From Camelus dromedarius (lineage: Eukaryota): a stretch of 64,000 bases of DNA. The notes below the pieces were generated by a model that saw only the letters and a program-made list of their open reading frames with translations, was not told the origin of the DNA and ran no database searches. Location: assembly GCF_036321535.1 (NCBI RefSeq), contig NC_087436.1, positions 115,446,001 through 115,510,000 on the forward strand. Reading direction: 5' to 3'. The position numbers and the translations under genes are program-made. Positions 26,705-38,565 of the stretch are shown piece by piece (position 1 is the first letter of the stretch; every line of letters starts with the position of its first letter).

Positions 26705-27075
26705 GAATCATGATGATACTGATGATGACGATGGTGATGATGATGATGATGGTGATGATGGTGATGATGGTGATGATGATGGTGATGGCAATGATGATGG
26801 TGATGATGGTGATGGTGATGGTGATGATGGTGATAATGGTGATGAATGATGGTGATGATGATGATGGTGATGATGGTGATAATGGTGATGAATGATGGTA
26901 ATGATGATGATGGTGATGATGATGGTGATGATGATGGTGATGATGGTGATGGTGATGGTGATGATGGTGATGATGTTGATGGTGATGATGGTGATGATGG
27001 TGATGAATGATGGTGATGATGATGGTGATGATGATGGTGATGATGATGATGGCTATGATGATGATAGTGATGATA
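26705..27075 (+). repeat. (GAT/GGT)n compound trinucleotide repeat
   Basis: Direct inspection; it is the source of the poly-His and poly-Met/Val ORFs. Confidence 0.97.
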
Positions 27076-27591
27076 CTACCAGAAAGAAAAAAAAAATCAA
27101 TGTGTACACCTGCTATGTGCCAGCATTTTGCTAAGCTTGTATATACATTTTTCTCACTTATCATTAAAAAAAATACAGTAAAGGAGTGTCATCTCCATTT
27201 TACATGAGAGAAACAGAAGGCCCAGAGATGTTAGCTAACTATCCCAAGATCACACAGCTAAATGAATACTAGAGAATGGGGTCAATCTATGTGATTCCTT
27301 TACCACAATTGCTAGCCCCAGCTCCCTTCCAAGGGAAAACTCTGTGGCAGAACACTATGTACCTTTATTATTCAGCAATATTTTTTAGTTGAATGAATTA
27401 GATCGAGGTTTATTTTGTCCACCATATGTTTCTTGCTCTCACTGTGGCTGGTAATGATTCTTAAAGATTTAGTGTTCATTATTTACATCTCAGGGACTCT
27501 AAGAATACCAATGTCATGATTTCACAAAGAACCCTCACCTCTCAAGTTGTCATTCTGGGCCACCACCCTTGAGGATATTTTCAGTGTATAC

Positions 27592-27694
27592 CTTATGTTC
27601 TAGGGACAAAATGTTCCAATCTTGCTGCATAAACCAGCTTGTGTGGCTCAAAGACTGTGGCAGGTTTCGGCTGTCAGTTATTAAACAGGTTGTT
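27592..27694 (-). pseudogene. Decayed exon; second half of the L27-like domain
   Basis: Acceptor gcctgcttatttag|, donor AAG|GTATAC, 103 nt. The only open frame starts in phase 2, matching the previous exon: TTCLITDSRNLPQSLSHTSWFMQQDWNILSLEHK. Ends in phase 0. Confidence 0.6.
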
Positions 27695-27940
27695 CTAAAT
27701 AAGCAGGCAAGATCTTGTTATTTTGACATGCCATTACAGAAAAGAGCTGGCAGCCCCAGGAGTATAAAATGAAATGTCAAAGAGTCCAGGGATATGTCAT
27801 TGTCCAAGAAAAGCCATCAGCAACTGCCTGGGAGAAACATCAGATTTACATTTCCTCTGCTGAGTAGTAAACAGTATTGACAAGTGAAATGTTTCTTGTG
27901 TTCTGTCCTCTGGGAGAATTTTAAGAAAGACAAATGATAC

Positions 27941-28055
27941 CTTTTTTTTTCTGTGACGGGTTTTTAAGAAGTTCAAATGTGGGTCAGAGCGGCGAGTAAA
28001 AGCTGCACAGCAGGCGTGAGAGAAGACTCTACCTCTTCCCGGAAACGCATCCCAT
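27941..28055 (-). pseudogene. Decayed exon; candidate start Met and first L27-like helix
   Basis: Acceptor ...ccttcacaaccactctcag|, donor AAG|GTATCA, 115 nt. Reads MRFREEVESSLTPAVQLLLAALTHI*TS*KPVTEKK (ATG at 28050-28048) and ends in phase 2. Confidence 0.55.
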
Positions 28056-30169
28056 CTGAGAGTGGTTGTGAAGGAGCGAGAACAAGAGAAATACTTATTA
28101 TTCCTGTCCTCACATAAAGTTTGAGCCTGACTAATTATTGCTGGGAAACTGAGGCTAAGTAGCAGAGAGTTTGCCCAAGACACCATTGCTGGAGAGCAGC
28201 AGACCCAGGGTTCTAACCGGGGCAGCCTGCTCCCCGAACCTGCAGAAACGCTCCCCATGTGAGGAAGAAACCATACGTATCTCTCAGACATACCTCTTTC
28301 TTGAAGGGGGGACTGGCCTATTTATACTAATTGGCCAAATGACTACAAAATCAGATGCCTTCCCCAAACCTTAAAGCATAATTATGAATATCTCTGTATG
28401 TTATCTATCCATCTATCTATCTATTGATCTATCGATCTACCATCTTCTATTCAGAGTGCTTTGAAATACTTTAACATTTATCCCACTGTATAAAAATTAT
28501 TAGTAGATGTATTTATCTGCATATCCCACCCTCCCCTCCAACTAGAATACCACCTCAGGACATACAGTGAATTCTATTTTATGTCTTCCATCTCTACCAA
28601 AAAGCCTGATCAGTAGTCAATAAGCAAATAAATTAATAACTCAAGCTGGAAGTAATCTAGCAAACAATACTTTGGAAGCTTTTGTCGACCTTCTCCTTAA
28701 AATTATGGCTTGGACACTCGTTCCAATTCCTTGAGATAAAATTGTTCAACCTTTCACTTGCCTGGGAGGCAAAGGCCAATTTAGCATCATTCATCTTCGA
28801 GGTAAGATCAGAAGTCTGTTTCAGGTGTTGTGATGCAGGGTGAAATTTTTCAGTGTAATAAGGGAGAGAAATAATTGCCTTTTCCCCAGTTTTGAAATAG
28901 CTTATTATAGGGTTGAAAAGGGTAGGTGGATTGCATACTCTTGTTTGCCCCCCACTGGGCAGGTTGATATATTTATTTATTTTTCTTGGAGATACTGCAG
29001 TTTATCTCTGTAAGTGTCCATATATCAGCAAAGCAACCAGGCAAGGATTTTCAGGAGGCTCTTGGCCTGAGGCCACCAATATGGTGATAGACTAGCCTTT
29101 CATGATCGTCTGATGGGTCAGGATGTGTGAGAGGGATGCCCTAAGTTAGCAGTCCAAGTCCTAATCTTGAAATAAAATCACTGTGTGCCTGGGGAAAGGA
29201 TTAGGAAAATAGGGTCTGTCTCTCTTTTGTTAACATAAACTCCGGCTCCATCATCATCCCCTGATGGCCTCAAGCTCCCCAGTGACATCAGGTCAATCAA
29301 CCTATGGAAGTCCTGAGTTTCTAATGGGCTACTGATTGGAAGGTTAGCAGAGGAGGAGTCTTAATGACAGTAGACAAAAATAGGAAGCCAAATTCTGAAT
29401 CTACTGATCATATATTCTGACATATACTCAGAGCTCTTAAAATTCAAATCCAGTTAACGTAACAGCATTGACTCTGTTCCAGACACCGTCCTAGGCTGTT
29501 TACATAGTTCAGTTAATCTTTCCCTGAAAGGCAAACACTACTTCTCTAATCTACAGATCCGGACGTTGAGGCTTAGAGAGATTAAGTGGTCAAAACAGAG
29601 GATAATTCAGTTTTGTGGGCTTCAGTTCTGTTGGTCTTTCTATTGGTCCAAAGAAGATCAGTAGTAGTCTCTAGCTACGATCTCTATTCAGATGATCATG
29701 CCATCTTAAAGCCTATTTAGAATCCTGTAGTAAAGGTGAATCTTTGTCCATGGATCCCTCCATGAGTAACATACACCTGTATGTGAAGAAGGAAGTATGA
29801 CTAAGACACTCGTTTATGATCCCGGCCATCATACCTCACAAACAGCCCGCAGAGCCTTTCAGAACCCTTTTTCTGTATTTTCAGCCCTCTGGTTCAAGCC
29901 ACAGTCATATCTTGGTGAGACCACTTCACTAGCTTTCTAACTAGGCTGCTCATTTCTGCTTTTCTGCCCACTCCAGTTCATTGACTCTTCTGAAAATGGC
30001 ATTGCAATCTTTCCATTGCCAAATGAATTCGTGAATAAGTCAACAAATGTTTCATAGGCCCCACAAATTATTTTCTTAACTCTCTAACCTCACTGGAAGC
30101 CATTCTCTCTGTGCCTTTCATTGGGCATCTCAAAGAAGAAATGTCTAAAATCCAGGCTCTTGACAAATA

Positions 30170-30655
30170 TTCCAGTTATTCAGACTCCATAAAAACCATT
30201 CCGAAAATCAATGGTTTAAAACAATGACAACATTTATTTTGCCCACAAATATGCACTCTGAGCAGGACTTGGAAGGTTCAGCTTGTCTCTGCTCCACTGG
30301 GTATAGGCTGAGCAGGCACCGTCATCTGGGCTTTATTCGTTTATATGTAGAGTGGTGGATGGCAGCTGTAAACTGAGACATTAGCTCCAGCTGTCAGGCA
30401 TGGTGCCTATAGGTGACCTCTCCATGAGGACTGAGGTTCCTCACAACGTGGTAGCTGGGTTCTAAAGGTGAACGTCTCAGGAGACAGAATACCACGCAGA
30501 AGTTATATCCGCCTTCATGCCTTCAAATTCAGACATTCAATTTGTTGAGGCAAAGATAAATTCCCGTGTAATTTCAAAGGAAGGAAGAAGAGAGTTCATT
30601 TTTTGAAGGGAAATAATGGTAACATTCTAGAAGAGCGTGTAGGACTAGAAGTATC
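30170..30655 (-). mobile_element. Old MaLR LTR (MLT1-type)
   Basis: aatggtttaaaacaatgacaacatttattttgcccacaaat...ctgagcaggacttggaagg...cctcacaacgtggtagctgggttc. Confidence 0.65.
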
Positions 30656-30699
30656 ACCGTGACCCTTTCAGTGGCCAGAGCTATGGTGCATGCGTGTAT

Positions 30700-31740
30700 G
30701 TATCCATGTCTGTCACTATGTCTGTCTATATATAGATAGGTAGATGTTTGTGTGAGTGAACATGCTATATATAGAGAGATTTGCATATGATATACATATG
30801 ATATACATATAAAATAGATGCCTATATAGATCTTTGAGATGCCTTTGAGACACTTGCACATGTATGTGCACGCACACACACACATTCATAGATACGTGAA
30901 GAGAGAGATTTACAAATACATCAATATCTGTTGTCTCTATTACTGAAATCCAGAAATTCATGAGGTGACACTAATATTTCTAATCCAGTGTTTCCTATCC
31001 AACATCAGGGGGTTTATTCCAATTTTTTTTTTTCTTTCCATATTTCTGACTTGATTCTCTGACAGTGAAGCTCCCCTTTTTCCTAATACACTAATTTATT
31101 TGGTCAGTTTTTCTCTAGGCAACCAAGCATTTATTGCCATCACTCCTGGCTGGCCTGCACGGGCACTTTGTTTAACCTGCCTAGCTTCTCCCACGCCCTC
31201 AAGGCGGCCCATTTGCAGATGGCCTCCTTACCTCATGAATCTGCGTGCTGTGTGGGTGCCTTCTTTACCCTCCTCAAGGTCTGCATTCCCAGACCCAGCT
31301 GTCCTGGCTACAGCTTTGTTCTCCCTGTTGGCCTCTGTACACCTGCGCTGGTGTGACCTTACAGATAATGCCTATCTCCCTCTGCTGGGCTCTGATGGTC
31401 CATGCCAGGCTTCTAACTCCCCACCTCCTCACCCAACCCAGATTCCCTCCTTATCTTACTTGTGCTCCAGTGCCCGACAGGGACACTCCTCCATGTAGAC
31501 ACTCTCATTATCCTGCTTAGGTTCTGAAACCCTAAGCTGAGCCACCCACAGACATGGATGCCCTCCTCACACAGCAGGCTGATTCCCTCTGACCGCTCTT
31601 CTTGTATTGACACGCAGCTTCAACCTGGTTGAGTCTGGACACCTTACATAAAGCTGTCCTTCCAGGTGGATGACTTACTTTGCTTGGCCTTACCTAACGG
31701 TTTTAGGATGGAATTGTTTAGGAAGTTGAAGGGAAAGGTC
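30700..31740 (-). mobile_element. Old L1 (L1MC/MD-type) 3' region fragment
   Basis: tctctgacagtgaagctcc... followed by a C-rich tract typical of antisense L1MC/MD 3' UTRs. Boundaries are approximate. Confidence 0.45.
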
Positions 31741-31749
31741 TATCCGTGA

Positions 31750-32150
31750 AGCCCTTTGGAAAGCAGATGCTGAAGTTAAGTGAGGAGTGCGAAGGATTTA
31801 TTGTGGAGTAGCACCTGAGAATTAACAGGACCGAAGCAGGCTTGTTCCCAGGCCACCTGGCAGGGAAAGTCAGTGGTGCCAACTATGAGGTTGTGTGGTG
31901 CATATTTCACAGCCTCTGCCAGCCCAGTGGAGCACCCTGGAGCAAAGACCGCCCTTCAAATGAGAGCTGTGTTGGGCGTGGCCCATCTACAACAGGCTTT
32001 CTCCATCAAGAAATGTGTGACCTCAACTCAGACTCTAAGGCAGAACTGAAAGAATTATAGCTGCCAGGTGCCCGCAAAGCATGGTCCTCACAGCCTGCCA
32101 ACACGCTCTGTCTTCAAGAGAGAAGCCAGAGGTTTATTTCTGCATCTTGC
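31750..32150 (-). mobile_element. ERVL LTR (LTR16-like) fragment
   Basis: gcagatgctgaagttaagtgaggagtgcgaaggatttattgtggag resembles the antisense LTR16 end. Confidence 0.5.
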
Positions 32151-33229
32151 CCCAGACGGGATATGGGAAGAGAAAGGGAAGGGAGCTCTGTTAACTTGAG
32201 ATATGTGCTAAGTACCAACAGGAACACACAGAACTCAATCCTACTGCCCACAAAAATTTGAAATTGAGATTATTGGCTTTCAAACATCATTGTCTGTCAA
32301 ATCACCCTGAGTGGCAAAAAACATATCTGCACACCATATATCTGGAATTGGAGCCGCTCAGCAAGGGTCTCGGAAACCGGCATTTTCAACATGTAACTCA
32401 AGTTGTGGAAAACATTTTTAACTCTGCCTGTGGAGCCCTTATCCACTCAGTGAGTATTTCCTGTCAGTTCACTTTTATCACCATAGTCATCTGTTGACTG
32501 ATCTGGTACTTTAGTCCAGTCCGTAACTCTGGGAAGTGGTAACTATTGTTTTGCTGAGTGCAACATCTTGTCCTTTTACTGTAAATCTATTTCGCTCGAG
32601 GGCACACTTTTATAGGTCAAGATCCCTGCTGTGTTACTGAGGAATGTAGGCTGGATTGTAAAAAGCAATTGTTTCCTGCAAAAAGTCACAAAGTTGGGCC
32701 CAGCAGGATGGAGATGCTGAGGTTATGCATGCTGTAGCATATCGTCAACGTTAAAGTTATCTCCGTAAGACATTTTTATGAATCTGACCTGCCTTGTCAC
32801 CATGAAGCATTAGGCATCCGGAACGTGTAAAAGAGAAACTATGGGCAAAAAATCAGAGTATCTGATGTTGCTCAAGTGATACTTCAACCAGCTTATTTTA
32901 ATCTTCTTTCGTGTCTTCTGGTTTTCTTTGACTTGCTAACCTCTCAGCTCTGAACCTTAACCCTGTACCTCTTCTAAAGTTTCTCCTTGCTTTGAAATAT
33001 ATTTCCTTATCTTCAACCTCAACACTATATATATATATATATATACACATATACATATATATATTAGCATAATTTGGTTACCCCCTTGTCTATACATGTA
33101 AATATGCAAAATTGTTAAATGGTGCCCCCACTGTCTCCCACAGCCCCACAGGGGACTATAATAACAAAACAAGTCTTCCCTTAATCAAGATGCCAAATAT
33201 GTTGCTCTTTTCTCATAAGATCTTTTACC

Positions 33230-33700
33230 CCAAATTTTCATTGCTATGTAAAGAAACACCCCAAAGCAGTGGCTCACGATAATTACAACTGCCCCCCCCC
33301 CCCGTGTATTTCCAGTATAAGAAAGGCTTGGAGAGAACAGTTCACTGCTGCTTCTTGCACCGTCAGCTTGGACAGTTCAAGGCTAGGGATTGCTCAAAGG
33401 CTGGAGGCTGCAGCCATATAAGGGCCACTAATTCCCAGGCCAAGTGGTTGATGCATCAGTTAAAATGGAACTTTTGCCAGAACATCTGTGCGTGTGGTTT
33501 CCTCACAGCATGGCAGCTGTGTTCTAAGAGTGAGTATCTCAAATTACAGGAAGTGGTAACCTGGCCATTTCCATCATCAATTATTTATTGGCCAAGTTAG
33601 AGAGGCCAGATTCAAAGGAAGAGGACATAGAACTCACATCTCAGTGAGAAGAATGCCAAAGAGTTTGGGAGTTATTTATTCATTTTTTTAATGCTACCAC
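33230..33700 (-). mobile_element. Old MaLR LTR (MLT1-type)
   Basis: ttgctatgtaaagaaacaccccaaagcagtggct...cctcacagcatggcagctg...ccagattcaaaggaagaggacatag. Confidence 0.65.
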
Positions 33701-34704
33701 ACCAAACACATCATAATGAAGATTTGCAGTTTTGAGTCCCAACTCCACTCATAGGATGTATCATCTTCATCTTTTCGAGATGAGTAACGGGTAGCACTTG
33801 AGAAATACGTGACTTAGAGACAGAGGAAAAGTCAGAGGAGGCACACTTGACTGATTCCTACAATCTTGTTATTCTAGAAATAATAGTCAGCAGGGGGAGA
33901 ATTTCCTGTTGGGATTTCTCTGGCAATACAGAAGAAAAGAGGATTCTTACTCATTAAAGTTTGTAAGACTTCCCAAAGCACTAGCATGAACAATGTCCTC
34001 CATGTTTCTAACAACATCCACCAAAGAAATGAGTACTGCTGCTATTATTTACATCACACCAAGGGTAGACTTTGGTTTTGTGATATTAGAGGGTATGTTC
34101 AATGTTACATAGCTAGCAAGTAGAGAGGAGGAATTTAAAGCCAATTTCCCCTCAAATCCCATGCCAAGGTAAATTTTATAAATAAACAAATTTTGAGTTC
34201 CAAATTAGGACTGAAGATCCACACTTGAACTGTCAAACTGAAACAGGTATATGATGAGGCACAAAAAGCCTCAGTGGTTCTAGTTAAGTAGAAAGTATAA
34301 GAGGCTTACGGTAAGAAGAAAGGAGCTACGAAACTTGGTCCTGTTGGAGAAGTGAATCTTGACAAGAGAAGGCAGTTGTTCAATGCATAGCATCCAAGAG
34401 CCTGTCAAAATCACAGATAATTTGGTTGGCAAAAACTGTTAACAGCATGGCTGATACTATTTGGCAGGTCCAGTAACAGGGTTAGTGCGGTTGATGAGTT
34501 ATGTTCCAAGACTGGCATGTATTAGCATGGGAATGCCAAGAAATGCATCCATTCGCAAAAGGACACAATCTTTGGGATCAAGATTCTGCCTCATAAGTGT
34601 GGAGAAGGGCACAATTTAAGACAATCAAATATCTAATTCAGCTTAATTGAACTTCCCAGTATTTTTCTGATTCTCAAAGAGTGTTTTATTGACCCTCCTC
34701 CCAA

Positions 34705-34900
34705 TATGGGGGTCGAGGATTAAAAGGTACAAATTGTTATGTATAAAATAAGCTACAAGGATATATTATATAACACATGGAATATAGAATATAGTTTATA
34801 ATAATTATAAATGGAGTATAACCTTTAAAATTATGAATGACCATGTTGTACACCTGTAACTTACGTAATCTTGTATATCAACTATATCTCAATAAAAAAT
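34705..34900 (+). mobile_element. L1 3' end fragment (Laurasiatherian L1MA-like)
   Basis: ggtacaaattgttatgtataaaataagctacaaggatatatt...ttgtatatcaactatatctcaataaaaa. Confidence 0.8.
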
Positions 34901-35476
34901 AAAATATATATATAAATTATCTTTGATTAATAAAATACAGACACCATAAAAAGCGTTTATAAGAAGCAGACATGAAAGAGGGAAGTTATGAGTATTATCA
35001 CTTACAGAACATCTAAATTTGTGCTAAGAGTTGCCTGCTGTCTGGGTTGACACAAGATTTTTCCCAACTTCCTTTATTCTCATCTTCTGCCTTTCCATTC
35101 TTGGGAAAGTTGTACTTGATATGTGTCTCCGGAAGGTTTAACAGGATCAGAACAGGGTCAGAAGAAAGGAAAGATGGAAAGAATCACATGAGATGAATTT
35201 TCAGATAGGATGTCTCAAAAAAGATTAAAAACACCAGTAAGGTTTGTATGTGACATCACTGAGTTCTCAAGGGTAGACAATTAGAAACAATTTTATGGAA
35301 GAAGATCAGTGATAAAGAGAATTTATTTACCTGGCATTTCTTTTATGTTCTATACCTCTCAGGGAGAGATGGCTAGATTGAAATTTAAGATCTTAGTTTA
35401 CCGTAACTGGCACCCATCTTCTGCCTGGCCTTTACTTACAGGGCATTGAATCCCATTAACAGTCTTGAAAAGCCAT

Positions 35477-35945
35477 TGTATTAGTTTCCTATGGCTGCTG
35501 TAACACATTGTCATAAACCTGGTGGCTTAAAATAGTACCCATTTAGTCTCTTACCGTCCGGAGGTCAGGAGTCCAATACCAGTTTCTCTGGGTTGAAATG
35601 AAGATGTTAGTAAGGCCATGCTCCCTCCTACGGCTTTAGGAGGTAATCTGTTCCTTTGTCTTTCCCAGATTCAAGAACTGCATGTTATGCGTTCCTTGGC
35701 TCTCGTGCCTTTCTTCATCTTGCTTCAGCAATCCCAGGGCCTTCTTCTCTTTCAGTAAAATCTTCTATTCTTCCCAGTAAAGACAATTGTACTTAGAATC
35801 AAAGCCCGCCCAGATAATTCATGACAATTCCCCTTCTCAAGATTCTTCACTTACACATCGGCAAGTTTTCTTTTGCCATGTACTGATCACAGGTCCCCAG
35901 GGTTAGGACTCAGATACCTTTGCAGGTATTATGCAGCTTTCCAAA
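35477..35945 (-). mobile_element. MLT1 LTR
   Basis: tgtattagtttcctatggctgctgtaacacattgtcataaacctggtggcttaaaa... start. Confidence 0.85.
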
Positions 35946-37499
35946 GCCGTACTTCCCTACATTTTAGATAAAGTCACATGAAGTGGAGCCTGCATTAAAA
36001 TTAAGATCTTCCCACAGCTTACATTTTTTTCTCCCTTACGCACAACTACTCTACTGCCTCGGTCCTAGGAAATGAACCAATCTAGCTAGACATAGGAAAC
36101 CCTGCTACCACCAGGATTCTAGAGTGCACAGACACCAAGTAGGAATGAAAGCAAATTTAACGACAAAGCCCTCCATCGTCAATTTTACTGTAGTGAGAGA
36201 CAAGTATTTGAAATCCTCTGAGACTCACTTTTCTCATCTTCAAAATGAGGAAAATGTATTCGCCCAATGAGCTCATTAGATTATCAGAAAGATAAGAAGA
36301 AAATCTATTTGAATAGTGAAGCACTATGCTCAGGTTCAATTCTGATGGTTTATGAATTTCTATCCCAACAGTACTGAGGGATGTGGAAGTTTTATTTCTC
36401 TGATACAGACATCACCATCCCTTGATTCGTCATCGTTTGGGGACTGTATAAAATACTTGACTTAAATTTTAACTTTTCTCTGAAGCTACAGGTATTACTG
36501 GCAAACCTTATTAGGAGACAGAAGGAAATAGATTTTGGTCTTCTGAATCTTCCAGCAAAAATATTTTTGCCTTATAGCTATTAGGAAAAAACTGAATTAA
36601 AATGTCCGTTAGAAAGAAAACTGATTTTTAATGGAACAGCTGACCTATTACACTGACCACTTTCCAATCTGATTTTCTTTTCCTGTCTTTTTGGTTCATC
36701 CATGTTGATGTATTGCTCCTTATACGAGCATAACATAATCCTGCAGACCCCAGGAAAATTTCAGTGGCCACATGCATTCTGAATAATTGCTACTCAACTG
36801 ACATAAATCTGTTAGCAACTCCAGGATCATAAAGCAATAGGATTGGAACTGACCCCAGGAGTTGCCATGGGGTGTATGGTAAAATGGAAAGACCACTGGT
36901 CTGGGAGCCTGGAAAAGCCTTTTCTAATGCATTCTGACAACCCTGCTCTCTTCTGTTTCCTCTTTGTCTCTGTCATGTATTTCACAGATTTCCATTCCCA
37001 GTATGACCACTGTAAGTAGATGCATAATTACCTCTCCTTTGGACATTGGTCATGAGATCTTAACTAGCTAACTATCTGTCAGTAGAGCCATCTAGCTGTG
37101 TGCCTCTGGACAATTGACTTTAAGACTCTGATTACAAAAAAACCCACAACCCAGCCCGTTTCAAAAAAAGTTACTCCTTTATTCAAAAATCTTCACTGAT
37201 TCTACATTAACTGTCATTTGACTCAACTCATTTCTTATGTCTTATCTGTCTTCCCTGTGCCCTCACCTCAACAACCTGCAGTTTTGTTTACACTATAATC
37301 CTTATAAGTCTCTAAAACTTAATTTGCTGATTTTCTTCCTTTATTTGATTTTTTTTTCCCCTGTATTATGTCTGTCCAAATCTTACCAGCCAATGGAATA
37401 TGGAGCAAAAACAATGTACTATTTCTGGGCCAAGAAGATTAATAAGTGTGTAGAATTTCATTCTCTTTTTCTCTTCACCCTCCTTGAAACACAGACTTT

Positions 37500-38140
37500 A
37501 TTTAGTCTAATTTAAAAAATCTCCAAAAACAATAAACAAAAAACTACAACCTAGTTTATGCTTATGATGGAATCACTTTGGGAGAAACTCTATGGCAGTT
37601 TCTACTAAACTGGACAAACTCATGCTCTTTTACTCATCAATTCCACCCCTGGCTATTTATCCAACAGAATAGTGTTTTTTATGTTTATCCCTGTCAGTAA
37701 TCAGTAATAGTTCAGTGCTATTAGTAATAGTAACTCTGGAAACAATTTAAATGTACATCAAAAATAGAATGTGTAAATAATTGTGATAAAGCCATTAGAG
37801 CATTACCCAACCACAAAAATGAAACAAACAAATGAAAAAACAAAAACTACAACTAAACAAAACGACTTAGATGAATCTAACAGACATAATAATGAACAAA
37901 ACCGACCAGACACGTGCATTTCATTTACGTGAACTTTACAAACAGTGAAAGGTAATCAGTGGAAGTAGAAGTCAGGTTAGTAGTACCGTTGAAGTGACAA
38001 GAGACCATGAAAGGAGTTTCTGTGACACTGTAATCACCATTGTTTAAGCTAGTTATCTCGTTATGTTTACCTAGTGCAAAGTGATTCACCTCTAAGTTTA
38101 GGAGTTGAATATTTTGTCAAATGTATATTATAATTCAATA
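37500..38140 (+). mobile_element. Old L1 (L1ME-like) 3' fragment
   Basis: caattccacccctggctatttatccaacagaa...ctggaaacaatttaaatgtacatcaaaaatagaatg. Confidence 0.6.
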
Positions 38141-38142
38141 CT

Positions 38143-38565
38143 ATATTAGCTTGAGCTGCCGTAACAAAATACCATAGACTGAATGTCTTAAGCACCAGAA
38201 ATAAATTTCTCAGAGTTCCAGAGATTAAGAAGTCCCAGATCAAGGTGTAGGCAAGGTAGGTTCCATTCTGAGGCTTCTCCTCTTGTCATGTCATGTAGGC
38301 AGCTGCCATCCTGTAGTGTGCCCACATGACCTCTTTTTGTTCTTGGGGTGGGAGGGGAGTTGAGAGAGGTAAAGCAAGCTTTTACATGTTTCTCTTATAA
38401 GGACACAAATCTTATCATGGTAGACCCATCTTCAGAGAAGCTCTACCCTCGTAAGTGTATATAAACCTAATTATCCTTCCAAGGCCTCAAATCTAAATAT
38501 AATCATGTTGGGGGTTAGAGTTTCAACATATAAATTTTGGAAGCACATACTTCAGTCCATTGCAA
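38143..38565 (-). mobile_element. MLT1A-like LTR
   Basis: tattagcttgagctgccgtaacaaaataccatagactg...ggggttagagtttcaacatataaattttgg...ttcagtccattgca. Confidence 0.85.

Larger units (their letters stand above)
640..28055 (-). pseudogene. Unprocessed multi-exon pseudogene of an L27 + multi-PDZ scaffold (PATJ/MPDZ-like); probably continues beyond the left edge
   Basis: At least 15 minus-strand segments, many bounded by Yn-AG and GT sites, translate (with stops and frameshifts) to an L27-like segment and repeated PDZ motifs: IISLKKHPG; GFGD*LFSI; LMKKKICHTL(G)VQIKGG; KTGR..LMVDGI; IELKRNEPRGHLSI; FIWSKVIYNSIAGKE; LILKC; FGINVMG; FEVKVKQK. The junctions 27941/27694 and 27592/26033 are phase-compatible. 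Confidence 0.72.

Noticed and set aside
26655..27207. Poly-His and poly-Met/Val ORFs
   Set aside because: Translation artefacts of the (GAT/GGT)n repeat.
27797..28291. 164-aa minus-strand ORF
   Set aside because: Chimera of MIR-derived sequence, intron and an alternative frame of the 27941-28055 exon.
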